From the NCBI GenBank assembly GCA_025603075.1, contig MU626281.1:62001-126000 (forward strand): 64,000 nucleotides of DNA. Direction: 5' to 3'. This DNA is from Neoconidiobolus thromboides FSU 785. Taxonomy: Eukaryota > Fungi > Entomophthoromycota. Position numbers and translations under genes: made by a program. Numbering within the stretch: position 1 is the stretch's first letter; every line of letters begins with the position of its first letter. The notes beneath the pieces are model-generated. The model saw only the letters and a list, made by a program, of their open reading frames with translations, made no database searches and was not told the origin of the DNA. This document shows positions 14,560 to 25,915 of the stretch, in pieces.

Positions 14560-14806
14560 AAGCTATTATGTTTTTAAATTTAGATATAATTAATTTAAGA
14601 CTTTTTATTAAATTATTCCTTAATATTATACTTTTCAATAAAGCTATTGGACTTTGTAATATTTGATATAATTTATAGCTTATCATATATTATTTCTATG
14701 AGTCTAAATTTATTTTAAACATATAAACTAAGATTTTTTGGCTTACAACCAATTAATTAAACAAAAACTGCATTTGATTTTAATTACTAAATACTAGTTT
14801 TTATGA
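14560..14806 (-). mobile_element. Heavily C>T/G>A-mutated partial copy of the solo-LTR-like element
   Basis: 14591-14626 and 14785-14797 align to the reverse complement of the 13637 copy. Confidence 0.65.
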
Positions 14807-14854
14807 TATTTTAGTTGTGAAATATCGCTTTATCAGCTCTATGATTGACTATAA

Positions 14855-14947
14855 GGGGATGTGTTTTTTTTTAAGAATTTTACTACAACCTTTCCACTCA
14901 AATAACGCTTAAAAATGGAAAAATAATGAAACCAAAAAAAACAGCCC
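14855..14947 (+). mobile_element. GGGG-MITE nested in LTR-like element
   Basis: ATAA/ATAA duplication. Confidence 0.9.
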
Positions 14948-15080
14948 ATAACACAACAATCACTTAAGTCGTTGTGTTCTCAAGTTTAGACACAATCAAT
15001 CTTAGGCCTCTTATTTTGATTTACTATGAGAATTTCTGTCATATGATCCCGAAGGATATTATCTCTTCATTTTGATATAT

Positions 15081-15161
15081 GGGAATGTATTTTTAGGTTC
15101 AAAAATTTTACTAATAAAATTTCCGCTCAAATAGTGCTTAAAGGATGGAAAAAGCATTCTC
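15081..15161 (+). mobile_element. GGGG-MITE (internally deleted) nested in LTR-like element
   Basis: ATAT/ATAT duplication. Confidence 0.8.
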
Positions 15162-15231
15162 ATATATACTTGTCAGAGTATAAAAGATATTTTAGAACAT
15201 AGTAACTCGAAACTTTTGAATTGAACTATTT

Positions 15232-15326
15232 GGGGATATATTTTTGTATTTAAGGATTTTACTAACAATTTTCCACCCAAATAGCGCTTAAAGATGGAAA
15301 AATAATGAAGTTAAAAAAACATCCCC
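15232..15326 (+). mobile_element. GGGG-MITE nested in LTR-like element
   Basis: ATTT/ATTT duplication. Confidence 0.9.
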
Positions 15327-15601
15327 ATTTCTTGATATTGTAACTTTAAAAAAGCCATTAGATTTTGTTGATAGTGTTTTAAGTAGGTTTTACAATATTA
15401 TTGTCTACTCTATTTGACTTACATAGTCTGTAGTCTATTATGTGTTGTTCTTCATAATTCAGGTCTATCTTAGTTCCATAAAATAGGATCTTTGGATTTA
15501 CGGATAGTCAATCAGCCAAGAACTGCTTTTGACTCCAGCCACTGAGTACCAGATTTCACATAATGTAAATGTTCTATATGTATATTTTATTACTACTATA
15601 T

Positions 15602-15700
15602 AGGTGTGTTTTTTTTGACTTCATTATTTTTTCCATTTTTTAAGCGTTATTTAAGCGGAAAATTTGTTAGCAAAATTCTTAAACACAAAAATACATCCCC
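15602..15700 (-). mobile_element. GGGG-MITE copy
   Basis: ATAT/ATAT duplication. Confidence 0.85.
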
Positions 15701-15845
15701 ATATTATTCTATATTTTATTGAATAACTTTTTCTAATATTATATCCATTTTTTAATAAGTTATTATAAGCTTTTTTTAACTTTTAGCTTTTTATAAATAA
15801 TATAAAGCAATTAAACTCTGACCATCAGATTTTGTGATAATAAAT

Positions 15846-15924
15846 GGGGATGTATTTTTTCGTTTAAGCATTATTTGAGTGGAAAAACTGTTGGTAAAGT
15901 TCTTAAACATAAAAACACATCCTC
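15846..15924. mobile_element. MITE variant with two left-type ends
   Basis: GGGGATGTATTTTTT...AAAAACACATCCTC; flanks AAAT/ATAT. Confidence 0.65.
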
Positions 15925-16005
15925 ATATTAAAAAGCTCAAACTGGTAAGATTAATAAAATTTTATAGTGATTTAAGCCTAAATTTTGCAAAATTAACAAG
16001 AATTC

Positions 16006-16104
16006 GGGGATGTATTTTTGTGTTTAAGAATTTTACTAATAATTTTTCCACTCAAATAGTGCTTGAAAGATGGAAAAAATAATGAAGCCAAAAAAAACAG
16101 CTCC
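16006..16104 (+). mobile_element. GGGG-MITE copy
   Basis: ATTC/ATTC duplication. Confidence 0.9.
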
Positions 16105-16430
16105 ATTCGTTGATTTAACATTTCAACTATTTTCTATCTAAGACAAAATTTGAGGAATACTATAGTATTACAGCTTGCTTTGTTAAAAAAATTAAACGTG
16201 TTGTTGGTGAGATTAAATTTTTCAGAAGACTGGTTTATCTAATTTCTTTTTACTTGTATATTAAATCTTATCATCATATTGAAAGATTTTAAACAACATT
16301 CGCAAAACTTTTTAGTTTACACATTTTTTATTTTAAATTTTTATTTTGCACAAAAATAAATAGCATAATAAAAGGAAAAATAGTTTTATCTATTTTGGTC
16401 AAAACTTGATAGCCTTGTTATTGTTTATAT

Positions 16431-16528
16431 GCGGATGTATTTTTGTGTTTAAGAATTTTACTAATAATTTTTCCACTCAAAGAATGCTTAAAAGATAGAG
16501 AAAGTAATAAAGTCAAAAAAACACTCCT
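16431..16528 (+). mobile_element. GGGG-MITE copy
   Basis: ATAT/ATAT duplication. Confidence 0.85.
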
Positions 16529-17224
16529 ATATTCTGAAAACTACAGCAATTTATTTCAATAGCGCTTTTATACTAAAGCATTTATATTTATTTATCTGTA
16601 TGTTTTTATTATGTGTTTTTTAATAATAGACAATTAACCTATACAAGTGCTGTTTTTTTCTTTTTTCCTTTTTCCATTTCTTAAGCTTAAAATTAAATAA
16701 ATTATTAGTTAAAGTGATAGTCAAAAAAACATTATCATATTTATTTTAAATATAAATTTAATAATAAACCAATATATAAAAGTTAATAAAGTGTGGTAGA
16801 CCATTCGAAGAAATTTAACTCATAATCTGTAAGAAAAAATCTAATGAATCTATCAAATATAAGAGATTTAATAACGAATTTTGATGTGTATTGGACATAC
16901 TCAAAATACTCTAACCACGAATTACTTTACAACACAAATATAGTAAAAAAAACTATTAAACTGGAATATTCTTGCTTTCATGTTCCATCTTTTTGGTGGC
17001 ATAATTTCATGAAAAATTTAGAAAATGATATAGTAAAGCCTAGATACTATTGGCTACAAGTATAAAACCAGCAAATCAATTTTGTTGATAAGCTATTCTT
17101 ATGAAATATCTTATGAAGTTAAATAAAAACAATAAATTTATTCAGAGTAAAAAATAATTAAATTAATACCATATTGAGATTGATCCATATACTACAAGTT
17201 CAATATAGATCCAGATAACGATAA

Positions 17225-17785
17225 TTATTTACCGTGATAAGCTCCTTGATTATTTTCAAAATAAGAGTCCAAATCAACAAACTCAACATCAAATGGATCT
17301 CTCGAAGATCCTAGTTCAAAATCGGATTCTTTTATTTTGTCATTGAATCCTTGTCTCTTTGTTAACCCATAAGTACTAGCATCGTCCAAACTACGGCGAT
17401 GGGTGTCAACAAAGTTATCTTGGAAAAAGTCGCTTTGGTTGCTAGAATTAGAATAACTAGCAGTAGTAGCGCTTGCTTTGGGCCTTGTTTCCTTAGGAGG
17501 TGCAGCTTTAGGTGTAAACAGCTTTATACCAATGTAATCTTCAATAGCTTTAAGGTCTCGTTCAGCCTTCTGAGTCTTATTCAGTTTATTTTTTTTTGTG
17601 GATTTTTTAGTTGGATTTGTGGGTCTGGTGTATTGTTCCGTAAGTACTTCCTTTTGAATATAATTCATGATTACTTCAGCATCTGACATACTGTTGCTTC
17701 TGTTAGTAGTCCTCCTTTTAGTGTATTTACCTACTTCAAGATGTGTTGCAATATAACTATTTTTAAACCAATCTGTCAATCCCAT
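17225..17785 (-). CDS. Hypothetical protein (~186 aa from ATG 17785)
   Basis: Single open frame with higher GC than its flanks; MGLTDWFKNSYIATHLEVGKYTKRR N-terminus; no domain recognised. Confidence 0.65.
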   Translation of the reverse strand: MGLTDWFKNSYIATHLEVGKYTKRRTTNRSNSMSDAEVIMNYIQKEVLTEQYTRPTNPTKKSTKKNKLNKTQKAERDLKAIEDYIGIKLFTPKAAPPKETRPKASATTASYSNSSNQSDFFQDNFVDTHRRSLDDASTYGLTKRQGFNDKIKESDFELGSSRDPFDVEFVDLDSYFENNQGAYHGK

Positions 17786-19728
17786 TTTATGAAAAAACTT
17801 AATATTAAATCTACACATTTAATCCTATTTATAGTTCTCCTCATCTTTAAAGTGACCTTACATGCAACCAATCATAAGTGTTCCGAATCATTTCGCCTAA
17901 ACTGGTGTAACGTGATATAACAGGGATTAAGCATCACTTAATTAGAGCAGTAATGTTGCAAATAAAGAAAAATGCCTGATAAATATACCACATGAAAGAG
18001 TACCTTTTAAATGTTCCATATGGAATTACTTGTTTATTATTTTTTTTAAAACCTCTATTAAGTCATGGATCAACCAAACAAGTTATAAGTAAAACTTTGA
18101 ATTTATGGTTTTAACAGTTTTCCAGTATAAATTGTAAACTGTATAGGCATAATTTATATCTTAAAGAATAAATTCTGAGCTGAATACATGCTCTGAAGAT
18201 TTTAGTTTTAAGTCAAATTTGAATGTGTTTTAGAAGAGCAATTAATTTATCTTAATCTACAAAATGTTTTAAATAAAACTTTCAAAAATAATAAATATAA
18301 AATATAGGTATTAACCATATATGAAATTTCAACCTTATAAACCTTAATTAAACTATTGTTATTGAAAATATATTATTTCAAAACTGAAGTTAAATAAGAT
18401 TAATGCATAAAGAAAGATAGAATGGGGTAAAACAAGCCATTATGCCATGAATTTAAATGTCATACTGTAAACTCAACTTAAACTAATATTTAATCTACTT
18501 ATAGATGTCCCAAAAGCACTAGTGCAATTTAATAAAATGACTGGGAGGCTTGTATTAGTTCATAACACAGTTAACGTTACCATTAATATGAGAAGATTAC
18601 ATCTGATTCTCTAAAATAGCAAAAGTTTTGATATAAAATTGGGATAGTAAAATAACGATAGTTTATAGACATCACTATATTTCAAGTGTTTCATAATAGT
18701 TTGATAAAAAGCAAAAGGATGTATTGCTAATCTGATAGTTATAAATTCATTAAATTAATTTACAGGTATGCTTTTTTCGTTTAAGAATTTAACAAAGTTT
18801 TTTTTATAACAAATGTAAAAAATAGATACAATATTGAAACGATGAGAAGTTTACACATAAGTTTTTTGGTTTCATCTTTTTGTCCATTTATTATTCATAC
18901 TAAGGGGAAAAACTGCTAATAAAATTTTTATGTAAAACTACACTCATATACTACCTATAGTACTGCGGTTTAAATCTAAAGCTTTGTATGAGCATGTTTT
19001 TTTGATTTCATCACTTTTTCCATTTTTTAAGCATTATTTAGAAAAATCTTTACTATTTCACCTCGAATTAAACTGAAAAAGGTATTAAAATAGTGCAAAT
19101 GAAACTAATTCTAAATATATAGGGATATCTCTTTTTGTTAAGAATTTTATTAAAGTTTTGTTTACTACTTATCTTTAATAAGGAATTCATTCACTTTATA
19201 GTCTTTTATTAATTTAAATGATAATTTTAGACATATACAACCCTACTTAAAATAAAGGAAACTGATTTATCAAATAGCTCTTAGTAAACAGTCTCGTTTG
19301 TTTTGAGCAGAGTTATATTTAGACTTTGGCTATGTTTATGAAGTGATTTTATACTTTTTTGCACATTGCTAGGTTTTTATATAAAATTGTTTATACAGTA
19401 AACATAAAACTCTCGGAATTTCAAAAAATTGACTTTTAATGTTAACTTCTCAGTAAAGAAGAGTTAAAAGTTAATATTTCATACACATATTATTGAATAT
19501 ATACAATGTAAAGGTAATGATATTAAAAGTCAACCTTTTGAAATTTTAAGACAGCTTTTACATTACTATTTGTGTTTTATAAATAAATCTGGGTACACTT
19601 TTATATAAAAATAGTATCTTTTGCCTCTAATCAATATTTTCCTATTTTTTTGTACAGCAATTTTGACCACTTGTTTACAAGATTATTAATTTGAAAAAAT
19701 ATAATTACCATTTTTTGATATATGGGGA

Positions 19729-20192
19729 TGTGAACTCTGGTACCCGGCGATTGAAGTTAAAAACAGCTACTGGCTGGTTGACTACACTATAAGTCGAAAG
19801 GTCTTAGTTTATGTGACTGTGATAGACTTGGATTATTAGGAATAGCTCGTGATAGGCTATAGACTATGTAAGACAAATAGCATAGACAATACTAATGTAA
19901 AATCTACGTAAAATACTATTAAGAAAACTTAGTGGCTTTATTAAATGTTTGAGATATCAGTAAATAATTCAGTTAAAAAGCCTCGAGCTACCATACTCTG
20001 TAAACTCTTTTATACTCTGAAAAGTACAAATATCAAAATGAGAAGATAATGTTCTTTGGGATGGAGCTAGAAATTCTCATAACAAATCAAAATAAGGACG
20101 TGGAATTGATTTTCTCTGAACTCGAGAACACAACAGCTTAGACGATTGTTATGCTATAATTAACCATGGGACTGACAAAGCGATATTTCACA
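19729..20192 (+). mobile_element. 464-bp solo-LTR-like element
   Basis: Near-identical to 13637-14100; flanks (GGGA/GTAA) do not match each other. Confidence 0.85.
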
Positions 20193-21394
20193 GTAATATA
20201 TTAATAATATAACTATAGCATTAGAACTATTTATTTGATAGTAAATTCGTAATATTAACCATAAAACAGCCAATGATAAATATTTCTTAATGAAGTTTTA
20301 TAGGAGTATATGTTTATTTGCATACTACAGCTTTGATTAATAACAATATATATATTATATTGATAAAAGCCTTACTATTCTGGGAAGTTCTATTAAATTT
20401 AGTAGAAATCTTACTAACTCACAATATAAATTATAATAAAATATTTAAAAATTGGATAAAAAAATGAAACCAATTTGAATATCCCCATATGTCGTTTTGA
20501 AGTTGTCATATTATTATGCAAAACATCGAGTATTTTCTATGGCTAATAAAGGGATTACAAATTGCGTCAGATTTTAAAAGTTTGTATAATATTATAACTT
20601 TAATTTTCATTGAATTAATGCCGTTAAGTAGCATTTTTTGTAATAAGCTGGACTGCTTATCAAATTTAATAATAAAGTTTGATAATTTCAATCAGTTTAT
20701 CTAAGTTTATTTTTTATAAACTACATTATTTAAATTGATAAATGCGAAATTTTTACTCTCTGAGTGAAACTTTTTATGCTCTACAATACTTTATAAATAA
20801 AATACTGTTTGAGATACAAAAAGCTATCGTATCAAAAGATACTAAAGCTAGATATTTATAATTGAGTATTCGCTTAATTCTATAGTTTCTAAAGTAATAG
20901 TACTTTGGGTTATTATTTTTATTTAGCTTGAAATTTTTCGGCTCTATTTTTTTACAAAACTTTATAGTATATACTGTGATTTAAACCTAAGGTAATAAAA
21001 TTAAACAACATTGGCATTTAAAATTAACAAAAAGTCGAGAATACTGCCAATCGATGTTTGTACTAAACTAAATAAACATTTAATTTGAAGTTTCAGGGTA
21101 AACACAGACTATAGCTAAAAATTTAATTCAATTTTAATTAAAGAATACTAAAAAAAGGGGAAGAGTAAAAAAAATGAAATCAACTTTTTAATTCTCCCAC
21201 TTTTAAGATCATGAAGTTCAACCCTTTAAAAATTCTAGCATATGTATATTATACATTTGTATAACCTAATATTATATGGCATTTAAGTTAAAATTAAGCT
21301 GTTCAGTTGGGTAATAGCGAGTTTGATTATAAGCTCCTGTACTCTTTTGTTTAATAAAAACATGCTAATTATACTAAAAACAAGCATCTTTTTT

Positions 21395-21494
21395 GGGGGG
21401 GTGTTTTTTGATTTCATCACTTTTTTCCATTTTTTAAACACTGTTTGAGTGGAAAAGCTATTAGTAAAATTCTTAAACAAAAAAACACATCCCC
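21395..21494 (-). mobile_element. GGGG-MITE copy
   Basis: TTTT/TTTT duplication. Confidence 0.85.
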
Positions 21495-23915
21495 TTTTAT
21501 ATAATATGGCTTTTGCTAAGAGTTAAGAGAGAAATAATAAATCGATATAAGTGGTATTTATTTTATGATAAATGTATTTATATTTGAAATCGACCTTTTT
21601 ATTCACTATGGTATAAATTTATCCTATGGGTAGTATTAACGTATTCATGGTATTAAGCCTTAAGTAGATTAAGCTACAAATTACAGTTTACATTAAAGCT
21701 ATACAATGTATGTTTAAATAGCTTGTGTGTTTAAACTGTTACTTTTACTAAAAATAGTAGAAAAAATTACAAATAGAATTGTAATTAAGGTTTTAACTAC
21801 CTAATAATGTCCTGTTAAAAAGTTTACTTAAATCAAAAATAGATATATTTTTCAGTAAACTAATAAAGGAAAAAATTAATCAAAATCGAACTCATATGTA
21901 TTATATTCTATGTTTTAGTTTTATTCAATTAATTAATAGTTTGATATATATAATGCTTAGAATTGCTAACTTCAATTATATTCGTATATTCTTTAAAGTA
22001 ATAATAAGCCATATAGTATGTTTTTTATTATTTCAAAATTATATTAGTTTTCTTATTAAAATCAAAACTCTAAAAAACATTATTTTAAATGCTAACGTCA
22101 TAATTATATATTATACAAGAAGTAATAATAATGGCAAAACTTTATTTTTTATGTAATTAAACAAAAAATGCTGTAAGCTTACAAGCTATCCACACAAAAC
22201 TAACTTTTGTTAACAATTAGATTTAAGTTCATTGGAGAGATTTAATTACAAAGGTGTATTAATCTTACATTTCATAAATAAAACATTCACTTGGTATAAA
22301 AATATATTTATCGAACTAAACTTGAAACTTTTTTCTAAAATTTATTAAATCATAATTAGAATAAATAATATGATTGTAAATAATATGTTAAATTACTAGG
22401 AAAAATTAATTTAAAAGGTGTATAACTAAACTATTTATAAACTATAATCAATGTGTTTTTAGATAAATATTTAAAAACTCTCCTTTAACAAGTAACAGGT
22501 TTAATTAAACTTAACTTTAGGGGTTAACTTATCATTTTGGTTAGTAATAAACTTTTAGCCAGTGAAATTTATGGAGTAATATCAAATAATATGGGGTAAC
22601 CTTAATTTAAGATCGGTCTCATTACCTTTTTAATGATAACAAAATACTACATCTAAAATACCTATCTTTTACTTTTAAGGATAGAGTTTTAGCAGTTAAC
22701 AAAAGTAATAAGTTTGAATCTATACAATTTAAAGGCTTTTTAAACTTTATTAAATTAAATTAATTTTATAACTTTAAAATTAAGTATTCTTCTTACACTT
22801 TTACCACTTTATTTTAGTTGTTAGACTTAGTAAATGTGTCAAGCTAAAGTAAGATTTTAAAATAAGTTATTCCCTATACTTATTAGTTAAATATTTTATA
22901 AGTTTCCAAAACAATTCAGATGTTAAAATAATATAACTTTTCTTAAATAAATTAATAATGAACAGGATTTGAATTATTAATTTTATACCTAAATTTAGAA
23001 AATTTTATAGATGTTAAGAATCTGGTTTGGATTTATGATGTGAGTTGTATATTTTTAATGTAAGTAGCTAGTTTTCTATACAAATTAAGGAAAAAATAAT
23101 CTAATAGAGGATCATAACATAACTCGTTTATTAAACTCTTATTTTATTTGATAAAATTGAGGCTTAAAGTTTTATTATCATCTATATAATTCTAATTTTA
23201 AAATTCTACTTTTATTTTACCTTTATTCTTTAGAATATAATAGCTGCTAATACATAAGACGCAATTTGTAACCTTATCATTGCTATAATAAAGTACAAAA
23301 TGTTTTATACTCCGAGTTTCAATGAACAGGCCTAGATTTTATATGGAAAGTAAAGTGTGAAATAGAATTAAATATCTAAATAAAGTTTAACTATATCGGA
23401 GATGGGTATACCATCATTTTAAGACCCTTCAATGAAACTGTCCTTTTTTATTTTGCTCTAAAAACACACCCAAAACAATAAAAAAAGGAATAAAGATAAC
23501 TTTTTCACACTAAAGGGCATGCTTAATTAAAAAGATTATAGTAACAAATGAAAACGGAATTGTTTGGATAATACACTTTAAAAAACGGTATTTTATTAAT
23601 TAATGGGTGTTAACTTCTCTCAAAGTATTTTCAAGGCTCATATACATAGCTTAATTTCTCCTTATTTTATAATCAATAGTTTATTGAAAGGGAAATATTA
23701 TTAAGGATAAGGTTGCCATAAAAAGTTAATCTAATTCTTTAACTAACTAAATTGGTATAATATTTTATAATTAATGACATTAACTAAAACTAAATATAAC
23801 TTTTATAAGATTAAACCCTTAAATTAAGCATACGTTTAGAAAGTAAATCTAATATAAAAGGATAGAATAGTGAATTCTTTTCCATATTTTTTTTGAAAAT
23901 TGTTTACTTGACAAA

Positions 23916-24338
23916 ATGAAATTGACACATATATTAAATCAAGATTCTACTCAAAGTTGCAATAGCACAAACCTCCCTTCAATTAGATTCCTTTTCCCTT
24001 CTACATTTACTTCAAGTAGAGAAATTCTCCCATCTTTTGATTTTGGTACCACAAGTTATAGCGGTAATCAAAGTTATATCGTAGATACACGTTCAACCTC
24101 TCCTGAGGATAACCAAGAACAAAAAGTAAAAATAAGGAACCGCAGAAAGTATATAGAAATAGAAAGGGTATTCAAATGTAATCATACAGGCTGTACAAAA
24201 TCGTATGGTGCCTTAAATCATCTTAACACTCATGTTATATTGAAAAACCACGGACCAAAGAGGTCGCCCCAAGAATTTAAAAAGTTCAAAAAATGCATGA
24301 GAATGGTTCAATTTAACTATTCTCTTGCTTATAATTAA
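23916..24338 (+). CDS. CON7: Con7-type single C2H2 zinc-finger transcription factor (140 aa, intronless)
   Basis: RRKYIEIERVFKCNHTGCTKSYGALNHLNTHVILKNHGPKRSPQEFK matches the fungal Con7 finger signature. Confidence 0.75.
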   Translation: MKLTHILNQDSTQSCNSTNLPSIRFLFPSTFTSSREILPSFDFGTTSYSGNQSYIVDTRSTSPEDNQEQKVKIRNRRKYIEIERVFKCNHTGCTKSYGALNHLNTHVILKNHGPKRSPQEFKKFKKCMRMVQFNYSLAYN

Positions 24339-25915
24339 CATTCAATCTCTTCATCTTTAAATCATTTAAATTTTGTATTTCTGACAAATTTAACACACTT
24401 TATAATAAAACATATGTTTAAAATAGTTTAAGATTATAACATTATAGTTCCTTTAAAATAATATCTTAAATATTTATTATCAATCCTCATTGAAAATAAT
24501 CAAACATCTCATTATCTTTGAACAGTAGTAGTATAAAGTAGTATTAAAATTAACCTTTTAATCAAGAAATTGGCATCAGTAAATTTTTAAATTTACTAAA
24601 TACTTAAATTTCATTTCTTAAATTTTTTAAATACTATTTAAAAATTAAAAGGATCAAAGTTAGTTTTAATACTTTTAGGCCCCTGGTCTTTAAGGATTTG
24701 ATAATATCCTCATTTTATTTTAGTTTTTATTTCTAATAAATGTATTATGGTTAGTAGTAAAGTAAACGTTTAAGTTGTCAATTAACTATTTGTGGTGCTT
24801 TAAAACAATATACTTTATATTTTACTTTCCAAATAAATTGAATCAAAATATCATTTTTTCACATTTGTTTAAAATCATAATACTAGTTTATTTATTTTGA
24901 ATGAATTAAATGGAAATTAATTTTTTTATACATATTATGAAGCAATGATAGAAAGAATTTAATGATAATGAGTACTGTTATGACAATTAAAAATAAAACT
25001 GTTAGCAATATTTAATTTTAGCTTGGGTTGGTAGTAGCGAAAATAGTATTTTTTTAATGAATCCTATCATGATACAAACTATCCCTTTGATTTTGCTTGT
25101 AGTTTTTAAAACTCAAACATTTACTTCCTTGCAAAATTTCTTCGGCTAGTATTTATTTAGATACTTTTTTTAAACCCCAGCTCTATGGTTTAGTAAAGTT
25201 TATGTCTAAATTTTTTATTCTTAAATGAACAATTAGCTATTGCATAGTTGAGATTTGACAACTATATTGGGGAATAAAGGGGGTTTTGAGCTTTATTTTG
25301 TAAAAAAAACAACCCCTGAAAGTTAAATATGTTTAAAAATGCTGACAAAGCCAAAACTAATTATTAGTGGATTCTTCTAAAAGAATTAAGTTTATTTTGC
25401 ATAGTAAATCTTGCAACATAGATTGAATTTTTGAGTAATAAATTATAGAATCAATAACGTTAAAATACTAATTAACATAATCAATTTTTCATAGTAAAAT
25501 GTTAATTTTTAATCTTTTAACTTTTTCCTTACTATCTAACACATCTATTATTATGATCGTTATAATATTATAAGCTTATATATAGTTGTTGACTCTGGTA
25601 TTGAATGCTCTCATTCAAACTTAAAGCTAAATTGCTATTTTCAATACTACGTTAAAACACTATATTATCTAATGTGTATAATATAATAAAAAATTGATTA
25701 GAATTCAAGATAAACCAGCAGATAAGTAGGCTTAGATTTATTAAAAATTAAAAATGGTTGCATAGCTGAAAAGTAATTTAATTTCAAAGTTTGCTTTTAA
25801 TTACATTTGATTATATTAAATTGATTTATAGGATATACTCTAGATTATGCGCGATTAAAAATGTGTATTAAAGAGAAGATATAATTCCTGCTTCGATTAA
25901 AAGCCCTTTCGACGC

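Larger units (their letters stand above)
14816..15560 (-). mobile_element. Solo-LTR-like copy interrupted by three MITEs
   Basis: Starts TGTGAAATATCGC and ends CCAGATTTCACA; removing the three MITEs restores a colinear element; flanks TAGT/TAAT. Confidence 0.8.

Noticed and set aside
15879-16082. ORFs made of MITE sequence (also 21283-21480 and 42935-43132)
   Set aside because: Translations run through MITE copies; not genes.
14229-16532. Interspaced ~100-bp repeats resembling a CRISPR-like array
   Set aside because: Eukaryotic context, irregular spacing, mixed orientation, and TIRs with TSDs: these are MITEs.
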